Shown here: piece by piece, positions 20,990-32,000 of the stretch
Layout: the number at the start of each line of letters is the position of its first letter
Numbering within the stretch: the first letter of the stretch is position 1
DNA from: Candidatus Poribacteria bacterium
Lineage (GTDB): Bacteria > Poribacteria > WGA-4E > WGA-3G
Assembly: GCA_965214095.1 (NCBI GenBank)
Contig: OZ243938.1
Span: 192,001-256,000, forward strand
Direction of reading: 5' to 3'
Length of the DNA: 64,000 nt
Program-made: the position numbers and the translations under genes
Notes under the pieces: generated by a model
Seen by the model: only the letters and a program-made list of their open reading frames with translations
Told to the model about the DNA's origin: nothing
The model's database searches: none

Positions 20990-22561
20990 TCAACTGATTG
21001 AATGTTTATCTTTATGCAGCTTATATTCAAAACTATCAATCAGTGCTTCAAAACTTGCCGAGATGATATTCTCTGAAACACCGACCGTCCGCCAACTATT
21101 TTTGCCATCCCCCGCTTCAATCAGGACACGCACTTTTGAACCAGTACCTGCTTTGGTATCCAAAACTCGAACCTTGTAATCTATCAATCGCACTTTCTGC
21201 AATACGGGATAATATTGCTCCAATGCCTTTCTTAACGCAGTATCCAATGCATTGACCGGACCATCACCATCTGCTGCGGTATGCGTTGTGCTATCATCTG
21301 GCGTTGTTATTTTAACTGTAGCTTCTGAACGCATTGTTAGGTCTGAGAACTTTTCAATAATTACACGGAAACCGAGATGCTCAAAAAACGATTCATAATC
21401 ATTAAATACGCTATGCGTTAGTAACTCAAACGATGCTTCCGCGGCTTCATACTGATATCCTTCACTCTCTGCCTCTTTCAACCGATTAAAGAGTTCTAAC
21501 ACCTGTGGAGAGTTCTTATCATAATCGGGATATTCCTTCTCAATCTTCTTCATGATAGTTCCACGACCTGCTTGATCAGAGACGAGAATACGTTGTGTAT
21601 TCCCAACTTTTTCTGGTTCAATATGTTCGTAAGTCAGACGGTTTTTTCGGATTGCATCTGTGTGTAATCCACCTTTGTGCGCAAACGCAGAACGACCAAC
21701 ATACGGCTGTCGTTCATCATGTGGAAGGTTCGCTAACTCACTTACTAATCTGGATACTCTTGTAATTGACTGTAGTTGCGTTTCACTGATACATTCTATA
21801 CCCAGTTTCAATTGGATCGTAGGAATAATTGATGCAAGATTTGCGTTTCCACAACGTTCTCCATATCCGTTGAATGTTCCTTGAACATGATTAGCTCCTG
21901 CTTGAACTGCTAAAACGGAGTTTGCTGCCCCCATACCTGCGTCGTTATGTGCATGAATGCCGATTGGTAAAGAAAAAGAAGACATCGCAGTTTTCACACC
22001 TTCTTGTATTTCTATAGGCAACCTGCCACCATTTGTATCGCATAAAACTAAACATTTTGCCCCGCCAGAAGTAGCAGCCTGAAGTGTTTCAATAGCATAT
22101 TCTGGGTCATCAGCATACCCATCAAAAAAGTGTTCGGCGTCGTATATGACTTCGCGTCCATTCTCCACAAGATACCGAACAGAACTCTCAATTATATTTA
22201 AGTTCTCTTCCGCTGAAACACGTAGGACATCAGTCGCATGCAAACGCCATGTCTTACCAAAAATCGTAACTATTCTGGCACCAGTATCCAACAATGCTAA
22301 TAGATTGGGATCTTCATGAGGTTCAAAGGTGGGATAACGAGTACTACCGAATGGTACAATAGTTGCTGTTTCTAATCTCATACCTTTGGCACGTTTGAAG
22401 AACTCTATATCTTTGGGATTGGAACCGGGATATCCACCCTCAATGTAGCGGATACCTAATTTATCAAGTTTTTCTATTATAATAAGTTTATCTTCTACAG
22501 AAAAGGCAACTCCTTCTGCTTGGCTTCCATCGCGAAGTGTTGTATCGTAAAATTCAACCAT
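20990..22561 (-). CDS. cimA: Citramalate synthase
   Basis: YDTTLRDGSQAEG, FGKTW..H, YDAEHFFDG, LCDTNGG, HAHND, GYGERCGNAN, AFAHKGG.H; LeuA-type regulatory domain. Confidence 0.9.
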   Translation of the reverse strand: MVEFYDTTLRDGSQAEGVAFSVEDKLIIIEKLDKLGIRYIEGGYPGSNPKDIEFFKRAKGMRLETATIVPFGSTRYPTFEPHEDPNLLALLDTGARIVTIFGKTWRLHATDVLRVSAEENLNIIESSVRYLVENGREVIYDAEHFFDGYADDPEYAIETLQAATSGGAKCLVLCDTNGGRLPIEIQEGVKTAMSSFSLPIGIHAHNDAGMGAANSVLAVQAGANHVQGTFNGYGERCGNANLASIIPTIQLKLGIECISETQLQSITRVSRLVSELANLPHDERQPYVGRSAFAHKGGLHTDAIRKNRLTYEHIEPEKVGNTQRILVSDQAGRGTIMKKIEKEYPDYDKNSPQVLELFNRLKEAESEGYQYEAAEASFELLTHSVFNDYESFFEHLGFRVIIEKFSDLTMRSEATVKITTPDDSTTHTAADGDGPVNALDTALRKALEQYYPVLQKVRLIDYKVRVLDTKAGTGSKVRVLIEAGDGKNSWRTVGVSENIISASFEALIDSFEYKLHKDKHSIS

Positions 22562-22640
22562 GTTTTTTTAACAGTATGTTTTGCTTTAAGTTATTTTTGG
22601 ATAGAAAATAACAACTTTGAACGCAAAAATCCGTGTCTCC

Positions 22641-22682
22641 TTAATGTGGTGGTACCCTTTTTTCTAAACAAAATTTTATCAT
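22641..22682 (-). CDS. Putative upstream leader peptide of cimA (MIKFCLEKRVPPH)
   Basis: GAGGAGG SD immediately before ATG; 13 codons; stop about 80 nt upstream of cimA. Confidence 0.4.
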   Translation of the reverse strand: MIKFCLEKRVPPH

Positions 22683-22888
22683 AAACCTCCTCAAAAGTCA
22701 AGAATATTGTGATTTGCAATACGAACCATCAAACGAACTAAGGAGTATTTGTTTGGAGTGATTCCAAGACCGAAAAGCCTGGTTAAGACAAATACCAAAG
22801 ACTTCAACACTACGCACACAATTCTAATTGGACAAACAAACAAATATATGGTAATCTGCATATCAAGATAATTTGGAAAAAGGAAAAT

Positions 22889-24325
22889 ATGATGGACCAT
22901 AAGGAACAACTCATTCAAGAACTTACTGACATACTCGGAAAAAGAAATGTTTTAACAGACCCAACTGCTCTGTCAGTTTATGAATGTGATGCCGCACCTT
23001 CATTCAAGGCACTACCGGATGTAGTCGTTTTTGGTGATACTACGCAACAGGTGTCGGATATAGTAAAAATAGCGAATAAATTCAACACACCCTTCATCGC
23101 ACGAGGCGGAGGAACGGGATTGAGTGGAGGTATGCTTTCTGTTCAAGGTGGTATTATTATTGCTCTCAACCGAATGGATCGCATCTTGGAAATTGATATT
23201 GAAAACGAAAGAGCAGTTGTAGAACCCGGTGTTGTCAATCTTCTCCTGTCTCAAGCTGTACAAAGTCAAGGTTACCATTATGCACCCGACCCGTCAAGCC
23301 AGAAGGCATGCACCATCGGTGGCAACATCGCTGAAAACTCAGGTGGTCCACATACTTTAAAATACGGTGTTACTTCTGACCATATTATCGGGATGGAAGT
23401 GGTGATGCCTGATGGTGAGATAATGGAGTTAGGTGGCGAAGTTGAAGAGGCACTTGGATATGACCTACGCGGCTTGTTCATCGCATCCGAAGGAACTTTT
23501 GGTATCGTGACCAAAGCTACAGTCCGACTTACGCGGAATCCACAAGCATATCAAACTGCACTTGCAGTATTTGACAGAATGGATGATGCATCTAACGCTG
23601 TTTCAACGATAATCGGTGCCGGTATAATTCCAGCAGCCCTTGAAATGATGGATACACTTGTTATCCAAGCATTGGAGGAGGCGTTCCAGTTCGGTTTTCC
23701 ACTTGATGCTGAGGCAATCCTTATCGTGGAACTTGACGGAATAGAAACCGGCATGCAGAATCAGACTGATAGGATTCTGGAAATATTCAATCAACATAAT
23801 GCGCGTGAGGTGAACTATGCTAAAGATGATGCTGAACGTCAAGAACTGTGGAAAGCACGCAAAAGCGCATTCGGTTCATTCGGTAGACTTGCTCCGAACT
23901 ACATTACTCAAGATGGTGTCGTGCCTCGCACAACGTTACCAAAGGTGTTAAGACGAATATCTGAGATCTCAGAGAAATATCAGATTGCAATAGCAAATGT
24001 ATTCCATGCTGGTGATGGTAATATACATCCGATTGTACTGTTTGATGAACGTGATGCCGACCAATGTGAACGTGTGGAACATGTGAACAAAGAAATACTA
24101 ACTGTCTGTGCGGAAGTCGGAGGAACTATCACTGGGGAACACGGAATAGGCGTTGAAAAGCTGGATTATATGCCACTTATCTTCAGTCCTGCAGATTTGC
24201 AGGTGATGTCAAATGTAAAAGACATCTTCAATCCAACAGGACTCTGTAATCCCGGTAAAATCTTTCCAACTCCTGAATCCTATCAAAAACTCGGTCTGTC
24301 AAAAGATAACCTTATTCAAAACTAA
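22889..24325 (+). CDS. glcD: FAD-linked oxidase, glycolate oxidase GlcD-like subunit
   Basis: ARGGGTGLSGG, PDPSSQKACTIGGNIAENSGGPH.LKYG, FHAGDGNIHP, TGEHGIG.EK, NPGK. Confidence 0.82.
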   Translation: MMDHKEQLIQELTDILGKRNVLTDPTALSVYECDAAPSFKALPDVVVFGDTTQQVSDIVKIANKFNTPFIARGGGTGLSGGMLSVQGGIIIALNRMDRILEIDIENERAVVEPGVVNLLLSQAVQSQGYHYAPDPSSQKACTIGGNIAENSGGPHTLKYGVTSDHIIGMEVVMPDGEIMELGGEVEEALGYDLRGLFIASEGTFGIVTKATVRLTRNPQAYQTALAVFDRMDDASNAVSTIIGAGIIPAALEMMDTLVIQALEEAFQFGFPLDAEAILIVELDGIETGMQNQTDRILEIFNQHNAREVNYAKDDAERQELWKARKSAFGSFGRLAPNYITQDGVVPRTTLPKVLRRISEISEKYQIAIANVFHAGDGNIHPIVLFDERDADQCERVEHVNKEILTVCAEVGGTITGEHGIGVEKLDYMPLIFSPADLQVMSNVKDIFNPTGLCNPGKIFPTPESYQKLGLSKDNLIQN

Positions 24326-24351
24326 TTCCGAATTGGATAGGGTATACGATA

Positions 24352-24550
24352 ATGAAATACGACAAAACCAACCGAACTTATGACTGTGAACCGACACTCA
24401 CAGATATACAAGTGCTGCAGTATTACCATGATGGATTCCTATAACTAAGAAGCAGCAGATGAAGCTGCGAAAGCAGGTATGAGTTTATACGCACTTGTCG
24501 CAAAGAAATTGAATACAATAGTTCCAATTGTTAAAGAAGATACAAAATAA
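24352..24550 (+). pseudogene. Chimeric remnant: PhyH-like N-terminus (24352-24444) followed by HicB/RHH-like antitoxin C-terminus (24449-24550)
   Basis: MKYDKTNRTYDCEPTLTDIQVLQYYHDGFL* then, in another frame, EAADEAAKAGMSLYALVAKKL; family calls by pattern recognition. Confidence 0.5.
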
Positions 24551-24594
24551 TGATATGTAATATCTAAACTCATGATTCTATATCGGAGTACAAA

Positions 24595-25611
24595 TTGAAA
24601 ATAGCAGTTCTTTCCTATAGCCACCACGGACGGAGTATGGCACAAACAGCACAATCACTCGGACACGAAATCGTTGGTGTAATGGATGCTGAACATTCAC
24701 CCCGCGAACAGTTAGCACATCACTTTCAATCACCAGCATTTGATACTGCTGACAACTGTCTTGATGCTACTAAACCTGACGCGGCACTTGTCGCAGGGAA
24801 GCATACCGAGATGCCATCTCACGTGCAGGCTTGTGTTGACAGACGTATTCCATATCTGCTTGATAAGCCGTTTGCTGATAGTGCAGAAAGTCTACGTCCT
24901 GTGGCAGAAGCATCCGAAGAGCATGGGGTAATCAGTGCGCTTGTGTTGCCGAATCGAGTTAGCAGAATTGTGAGTGTTGTCAAAGAATTGCTTGAGGATG
25001 GCAGCTTAGGTGAACTTGTACTATACAACAGCAGACTAAACAACGGTCCTCCTACACGTTATGATCCCACACCATCCTATTGGCACAACGATCCGAGCAT
25101 TTCTGGTGGCGGGTGTTGGGCAGTTGAAGCTGCACACGGTATTGATACATTCCTCCAGTTTGTTGGTGATCAGGAAATCACGGTTGTCGGTTCGGTGATG
25201 TCAAACGCAATGTATGGTCGCGTTGTAGAAGATAACGGAATTGGTGTATTAAGAACAGAAAACGGTATCACTGGTATCATAGAATCAGGTTATACATATC
25301 CATCAGGTAAACGTGGTGGTGATCACTTCTTCCGATTTATCGGTACAAAGGCATCAGTATTTGAACAGTATGGCAAAGACGGTGAACCGCTGATTGAAGT
25401 GCATACCACAGAAGGAGTACAGTTCAGCGAGGACATATCACACGGTGCGAGAATAAAAGGGATTATGGCAAATGCATTTGATGCTATTCGTGATGGCAAC
25501 TCCTTTGATCCATCTGTTGTTGATGCTGTGCGAATACTTGAAGTTCAGGATGCTGTTTATACGCATGCCCGACAAAGTGAGGCATCGAACGGTCCCTATC
25601 CTTTGGGATAA
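24595..25611 (+). CDS. Gfo/Idh/MocA family oxidoreductase
   Basis: LLDKPF, SGGG...EAAHGID; TTG start with GGAG. Confidence 0.82.
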   Translation: MKIAVLSYSHHGRSMAQTAQSLGHEIVGVMDAEHSPREQLAHHFQSPAFDTADNCLDATKPDAALVAGKHTEMPSHVQACVDRRIPYLLDKPFADSAESLRPVAEASEEHGVISALVLPNRVSRIVSVVKELLEDGSLGELVLYNSRLNNGPPTRYDPTPSYWHNDPSISGGGCWAVEAAHGIDTFLQFVGDQEITVVGSVMSNAMYGRVVEDNGIGVLRTENGITGIIESGYTYPSGKRGGDHFFRFIGTKASVFEQYGKDGEPLIEVHTTEGVQFSEDISHGARIKGIMANAFDAIRDGNSFDPSVVDAVRILEVQDAVYTHARQSEASNGPYPLG

Positions 25612-25643
25612 TCTAATCCAAAAAAGTTATAAAGGATTCAAAA

Positions 25644-26597
25644 ATGGCAAAATCAAAAAATATAGAAATACTACCTCCAGAATCAGAATTAGAAGAGGTC
25701 TATGGTAATGCACATTTCACTGAAGGACCAACCGTTGCACCAGATGGGTCGGTCTTTTTCAGTGACATCACCTTCACACATCAAGCTGATATGCAAGCCG
25801 GACATATTATGAGATACGATCCTGCGACTAACGAGACAACTGTATTCCGTTCGCCGAGTGGCATGTCAAACGGGATGAAGTTTGATGCGCACGGACGATT
25901 GGTTGTTGCAGAAGGTGCAGATTTCGGTGGCAGACGGATTACCCGAACCGATATGAAAACGGGTAAAAGCGACATCATTGCTGGACTATACGAAGGCAGA
26001 CCATTCAACTCCCCAAATGACCTTACGATAGATGAACAGGGACGAATCTATTTCACTGATCCGCGTTACGTTGGCAATGAACCGGTTGAACAACCTGTTA
26101 TGGGTGTTTATAGAATTGACCTTGATGGTTCTGTGCACCTCCTTATTGCTGATTCTGGGAAACCTAACGGTATTGCGGTATCACCTGACCAGAAAACGCT
26201 TTATGTCGGTAGTAATGACAGCGGTTCGTTTCGTGAGTTGCCAGATGAAATGCCAACCTATACGGGTCGCATGGCTCTCCTTGCTTATGATTTGTCATCT
26301 GATGGTACTGCTACATACCGAGAAACACTCGTTGATTATCATCCAGAACACGGACCTGATGGATTTGAAGTTGATGTTGAAGGCAATCTTTATGTTGCTG
26401 TTCGTGATGCCACTCGGTTTGGTATCTGTGTCTATTCTCCAGACGGAACAGAATTGGCATATATTAAGACACCTGAATTGCCTACCAATGTTGCCTTTGG
26501 TCGTGGTGATGCAAGTAAGATACTTTATATCACCGCGGGTGGTAGCCTCCATAGAATTCGTGTTGCGAAAGATGGGTATCATCTTCCGCAGAAATAA
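25644..26597 (+). CDS. SMP-30/gluconolactonase/LRE family protein
   Basis: FTEGP, SNGM, NSPND, FTDP, PNGI..SPD, PDG..VDVEGNLY, PTN.AFG. Confidence 0.9.
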   Translation: MAKSKNIEILPPESELEEVYGNAHFTEGPTVAPDGSVFFSDITFTHQADMQAGHIMRYDPATNETTVFRSPSGMSNGMKFDAHGRLVVAEGADFGGRRITRTDMKTGKSDIIAGLYEGRPFNSPNDLTIDEQGRIYFTDPRYVGNEPVEQPVMGVYRIDLDGSVHLLIADSGKPNGIAVSPDQKTLYVGSNDSGSFRELPDEMPTYTGRMALLAYDLSSDGTATYRETLVDYHPEHGPDGFEVDVEGNLYVAVRDATRFGICVYSPDGTELAYIKTPELPTNVAFGRGDASKILYITAGGSLHRIRVAKDGYHLPQK

Positions 26598-26634
26598 TAC
26601 CAATTCGATACGGATTCCCTAATGAAATGTAATT

Positions 26635-26666
26635 TAAGAGGCGCAATGAATTGCGCGACTACGAAC
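26635..26666 (-). repeat. REP-like palindrome (GTAGTCGCGCAATTCATTGCGC family)
   Basis: Inverted copy of 20274-20305, between convergent genes. Confidence 0.8.
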
Positions 26667-26676
26667 CAGTTCTTTC

Positions 26677-28077
26677 TTATACATCTGGATGTAGCGTGTG
26701 CCATGTTGTTGCATTTTCATAAGCGTGACCGACTTGTAACAATAACGGTTCACTCAAATCCTTGCCAATAAACTGAATACTCAATGGCAATCCTTCACTG
26801 TTCATGCCACACGGAACAGATAACGTTGGGGTGCCGTTGTAGTTAAACGGGACAGTAAATCTTTGAAACTTTGCTGGTCTTGGTTCCATTGGTCCATACA
26901 ACATCTCCGGTGTAACTGGATGTGGTGGGGCAGACATTGACGGACATACCAACACATCTATATCTTGAAACACACGACTGAAATGTTTAGTGCATTCAGT
27001 TCGTAATTTATGTGCTTTTTCATATTCTGCTGGTGTAACATTTGCTCCCATGTCAAGCCATCCTTGGAACCAAGGACCGTAATGCTCACGATGTGAAGGA
27101 TAACACTTTACATGTGCTTTCACAGCCTCCCAAGAACAGATTGTTGGCCACGCCAAGACATATTCATCTATATCTGGCACTTCAACATCAATTATCTCAG
27201 CGCCCAATTCTTGTAATAGTTTCACACCATCTGATACCGCTAAAGCAAGTTCTGCATCCACATCCTTAGTAGCGTAGTTTTCGTCATAACCGATACGAAC
27301 ACCATTGATTCCCTGATCAATCTTTTCAAGCATATTCGGTACAGAAGCCCTTAGGGCCCACTTATCATTTCTGTCCCTACCAGAGATTGCTTCAAGTATG
27401 ATCCCTGAATCTGCCACACTACGTGTCATCGGACCGACATGATCCATAGATAACGCAAGCTCCAACACACCGTATCTACTCACTCTACCGTAAGTTGGTT
27501 TTAAACCTACGATGCCACAAGCTGCCGATGGAAAACGGATTGAACCACCCGTATCGCTTCCAATTGAACCTGAGCACAATCCCGCTGCGGTTGCTACACC
27601 TGATCCACTTGAAGATGAACCTGTCCATCTATCTGGATTCCAAGGGTTTATGGGAATATCAAATTCTGGATGGTATCCACCCATTGCACCTTCTGTTAGG
27701 TTCAATTTACCGAGTATAACCGCACCAGAATCCTTGAGTTTTTTGACAACTGTGCTGTCGTGTTTAGGGATGTGAGCTGCCATGACATAAGCCCCACCCA
27801 TCGTGCGAATGCCATTTGTAAACAATAGATCCTTTACCCCAATAGGCACACCGTGAAGTGGACCTCGGTAGTTACCGGCAGTAATTTCCTGCTCAGCTTG
27901 TTGAGCTACTGCCATTGCTTGTTCAGCAGTTACAGTAGCATAACTTTTTAGATGACCATCATGGTGTTCAATCCGATCAAGCATTACCTTTGTCAATTCA
28001 ACAGGTGATAACTTTTTGGAAGAGAGTAATTCTGCTATTTGTGATATAGTCTTGTAATAAAGCGGAGTTTCTGACAT
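26677..28077 (-). CDS. Amidase signature family enzyme
   Basis: GPLHGVPIGVKD, GSSSGS, GSDTGGSIRFPS catalytic triad. Confidence 0.92.
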   Translation of the reverse strand: MSETPLYYKTISQIAELLSSKKLSPVELTKVMLDRIEHHDGHLKSYATVTAEQAMAVAQQAEQEITAGNYRGPLHGVPIGVKDLLFTNGIRTMGGAYVMAAHIPKHDSTVVKKLKDSGAVILGKLNLTEGAMGGYHPEFDIPINPWNPDRWTGSSSSGSGVATAAGLCSGSIGSDTGGSIRFPSAACGIVGLKPTYGRVSRYGVLELALSMDHVGPMTRSVADSGIILEAISGRDRNDKWALRASVPNMLEKIDQGINGVRIGYDENYATKDVDAELALAVSDGVKLLQELGAEIIDVEVPDIDEYVLAWPTICSWEAVKAHVKCYPSHREHYGPWFQGWLDMGANVTPAEYEKAHKLRTECTKHFSRVFQDIDVLVCPSMSAPPHPVTPEMLYGPMEPRPAKFQRFTVPFNYNGTPTLSVPCGMNSEGLPLSIQFIGKDLSEPLLLQVGHAYENATTWHTLHPDV

Positions 28078-28099
28078 GACATTTTCCCCTAATTCTCTA

Positions 28100-28957
28100 T
28101 TATTCATTTGGACGGCTGCGACCTAATAGATTTAATAGACGTTTATCTGCAGTTTGGAGAGTATCATCAGGTACGGGGACATCGTTACACAGACTGAACC
28201 GCCAATATGCCCAATATGCAGCATACTGAGATTGAATAATATAACGCGTTTTGTTTGATGTATTAGGTGCACCGCGATGCCAACATTGTGGGTCTTGTAG
28301 ATAGATATCTCCTGCTTTGCAATAGATTGAAACAGGTTTGTTTCCTTCAAATTCGGGATTTTCTTGACTGTTGGGTCCTCTTCCAGAATAATGACTCCCA
28401 CGCACATACTGCGTTGGTCCTTCCTCAAGCGTATTTATGTCATTTAGTGCCATCTGCACTGTGAACCACATCACAGGCATCCTCAGTCGTGGGTCGTGCC
28501 GTGGCATCTCTTCAGTAACGGGGAAGTGCACAGAACCGTCTACATGCCAGCTGCTTATGGAAAGACCGGGTAGATTTCTGAGTACATTCTGTCCACAAAA
28601 TTTGCAGTTTTGTCCAACGATTGCTTCAGCAAGACTTAGGATCGGTTCACGGAGAAGCATATCTCGGAAAATTGGATCAAGTTCAATCGTGTTTCGTAGA
28701 ATGAAGGGTAACTCTTCTCCTGTCTCCGCATGTCTACCCATTTGGATATATCGGACATCTGCAAGGTGTGGATTTGTTCTGTCGGCAAGTTGTGGATCGG
28801 CGAAAAACGAATCTGTTTTGTCTCGTAGTGCGATTACCTCTTCCTCAGTGAGGATTCCTGGAAGATGTACAAAACCATCTTGAAAGAATTGCTCTGCAAT
28901 CTGTTTTGTTTTCTCTTCACTGAAAGGTTCACCTTTTAGGATTGGACTGTTTGACAT
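28100..28957 (-). CDS. PhyH-family Fe/2OG dioxygenase
   Basis: WHVD, GPTQYVRGSH, WHRG.PN.S...R. Confidence 0.88.
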   Translation of the reverse strand: MSNSPILKGEPFSEEKTKQIAEQFFQDGFVHLPGILTEEEVIALRDKTDSFFADPQLADRTNPHLADVRYIQMGRHAETGEELPFILRNTIELDPIFRDMLLREPILSLAEAIVGQNCKFCGQNVLRNLPGLSISSWHVDGSVHFPVTEEMPRHDPRLRMPVMWFTVQMALNDINTLEEGPTQYVRGSHYSGRGPNSQENPEFEGNKPVSIYCKAGDIYLQDPQCWHRGAPNTSNKTRYIIQSQYAAYWAYWRFSLCNDVPVPDDTLQTADKRLLNLLGRSRPNE

Positions 28958-29020
28958 ATCTATCTCCTATTATACCAGTAGTTCTTTAGGTTTTTGAGGT
29001 AAATCGGGCAAGCGAATTCC

Positions 29021-32000
29021 TTATAGATTCCCAAATTTCAAATCAGAAAAGGGTTTGCCATCTGAGTCAGTAATTCGCATAAAAAATGCCCATCCACCTT
29101 CTTCATTACACACCTTCGTGAGGATACTGTTTTTACCTTGTTTGAGTGTCACAGGGATAGTGTATGTATCAACAATTGCCATAAAGGCTTTCGTATGTGA
29201 AAATGCTTCTTTCCCATTTAACCACACTTTTCCTTGGTCGTCACTATCAAATCGGATTTCAACTTTCCTTTCATCAGGAGAATAAACGGTTGTGAATGCA
29301 TAAGAGACATGCCACTCAACATTATCCTCACCGAGATGAATATAACCATCAAATTCTTCATCAATGAACTGTTTCCAACTCACCTTTCCATTTCGTCCAT
29401 CATATTTTGCTGTCAGATCAATCTCCGTGATGTTTTCAGGAATGTATGCTGTATCGTAGCCGATTCCGTCTGTATTATCAAATGGACCGAGAACCTTCCA
29501 TACATCTTCTGTGAGAAGTCCAGTCTTCTGTATATGCTTTTCTGCTTTATCAGACAGACCAAATTGACGATAGTACTCTGCTAAAGCAAAGTTTGCATTT
29601 AATTCGCTTTGCAGACTGTCAGAGTAATTGTTTTCAAGAATGGATTCAAATTTCTGTATATAATTTTCTGCTTTTTCAAGTTGACCATATTCTCGATTGT
29701 ATTCTGCCAATCTAATGTAAATATGTTTAGAGAAATCTGAATTATCTGAGAGACTGTCTTCAATTCTGGATTCAGTCTTCCGAATATGCTCTTTTGCCTT
29801 CTCAAACATACCATTTGCTGCATAGAATTTTGCCAAAATCATGTATGAATTTAACTGGATGTTGATCCTATCAGGTGCTATATCAATCAATTGATTCAAC
29901 ATATTGATGTAACCATCTTTGTCCTTAACGTTTTTGCAAGATCTGGTAATCTGTGCAAACAACTTGCGTACTAAGATTGGTGAAGATATGAGCTTTAAGT
30001 CTCCTTCACGTGATGGAAAAGTTTCTGGTGTTGTAATATATAGGTTTCTGTTGTACCTTTGCAATGCCTCTTCGTACCATTCGTTTGCGAGATATACCTC
30101 TGCTAACGTCAAAGGATGATTAGAACTTTTCGCTATCGGTGATGATTTCTCAACAAATTGCAACACATTTTCTTTGGATTGTTCTTCCGTAGAAAGCTTC
30201 CTCTCAGACTCAGGTTCTTGCTTCTCTTTGCGTGCATTTGCGATAACTTTGTCCCAATTCCAAAATAGAATTGTACCCCCTCCAAAACTAATAAGCGTTT
30301 TGCCATCAGGTGAAAGTGCCAACGTTTCAATCCTGTATGTATGCTTATCAAGTGTTGCGAGTATGTCTCCTGTAGAAATATCCAGTAATTGAATTACACC
30401 ATCAAAATGACCACAAATAAGCACGGAATCATCTGGTGAAAACAATAATCCTTCGTAACTTATATTATCATCGGACACATCCCAATAGTATGTTTCTTTC
30501 GTTATTCCTATTAAACGGATCCGTTTCGTACTTCCCACAGCAAGTAGAGAACCGTCTGCCGAGAAAGCGAAATTTAAAATACGTTCTCGGTAGCTATTAC
30601 CATCCGTATGCTGCACTTCAAAGTAAGAACATAGCTCATCTCCAGTTTCCACATCCCACATCTGAACCTGTCCGCCCTCGTTTCCACTAACAATCTTTTT
30701 GCTATCTGGTGAGAATGCCAGAGTATAAATAAAAGATTTGTCATCATCGGAATCTTCATCATGATCTGAGGTAATTATTTTCTGCTTTTCACCGGTTTCC
30801 ATATTCAATATGTAGATTCTATTTCCTCGACTACCGGCAATAGTTTTCCCATCTGGTGAAAAAACATCTTCATTATCATGTGGAAAAGAATCCAACTCTC
30901 GTCCAGTGTTGACATCAGTGATCCGAAGTACATAATTGTCAGAGTCAGAATTCCTCGAATGTACCTCTAAACCCATAGTCCTGAGTTTTGTTCCATCAGC
31001 TGAAAATACAAGGGTCGCAGCTGTCCCCCAATGTCTTGGCATCTCAACCGTCTTTTTCGTTTTATTAGTAGTTTTTTGAAAAGTTTCCAGATCCCAAACA
31101 GTGACTATTCCATCCGATGAAACACTTGAAAGTTTGGAATTACTTTTCATGAAAGACGCGGATCTTATCCACTCGTGCCCAGTAATTCTGGTTTTTCGAG
31201 GTGCTTTCGTCCTAATATTCCAAAATCGGACAGTACCATCTGTACTTCCACTTGCGAGCGTGTTCCCATCTGGTGAAAAAGCTAATCTGTTTACATTACT
31301 GGTGTGCCCCGTAAAAGTGGCGATAAATTCACTTGTAGCAAGGTTCCACAGTTGAATAGAACTATCAATATTTCCAATAGCAAGAATATTCCCATCTGGT
31401 GAGAATTTTAATGCTGTTGGTCTACTGATATTTTCCTTATACCATGGTTCATGTGTGATTAATTTGTCATCCGGAGTATGAAACAAAATTCTCATTTTGT
31501 CCACTTTCCTATTTAGGATAATGAGTTCTTCCCCACTTGTAGTATCCCACATTTGCACCGTTCCATCCAGATTTCCACTTGCAAGTATTGACCCATCTGG
31601 TGAGAATTCTAACGCAACAGAATGGTTCTTTTCCGACGTCCCCAAACGAAAATTAACTGTCTTCTCTGTTTGTTCTCTGATCGTGATTAATTTCTTACCA
31701 GTTCTTATGTCCAATAACTCAAGCCTGCCATCTCTGCTGCCTATTGCCATTTTATCTTCTGTTAGCGCATAGTGTTCAAGATGAGCATAACCTGGTCTTT
31801 CTCCAATTTCTGTGGTAGTTGTCTGTCTGGTCTCAATATTTAGAATGGTTATTGTGTCTCTGTCTTTTCCCATGCTTACAAACGTATTATGGTCTTTCAA
31901 AAACCATGCTACACCAACATCGGGAAGGGACTCGTGTTGTGAAACTCTACGTCCTGTACCTATTTCCCATACACCTTCATCTTTTATAAGAAAACGACTA

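Noticed and set aside
22691-22918. 75-aa minus-strand ORF upstream of cimA
   Set aside because: Overlaps the start of the glcD-like gene and spans a divergent promoter region; no supporting features
26032-26622. 196-aa alternate-frame ORF and other nested or antisense ORFs (e.g. 15747-16271, 32471-33022, 62650-63108)
   Set aside because: Shadow ORFs over well-supported genes or repeats, with no recognisable motifs
26677-28077. gatA annotation for the amidase
   Set aside because: No gatB/gatC neighbours and the GatA-specific central motifs are not evident; called a generic amidase
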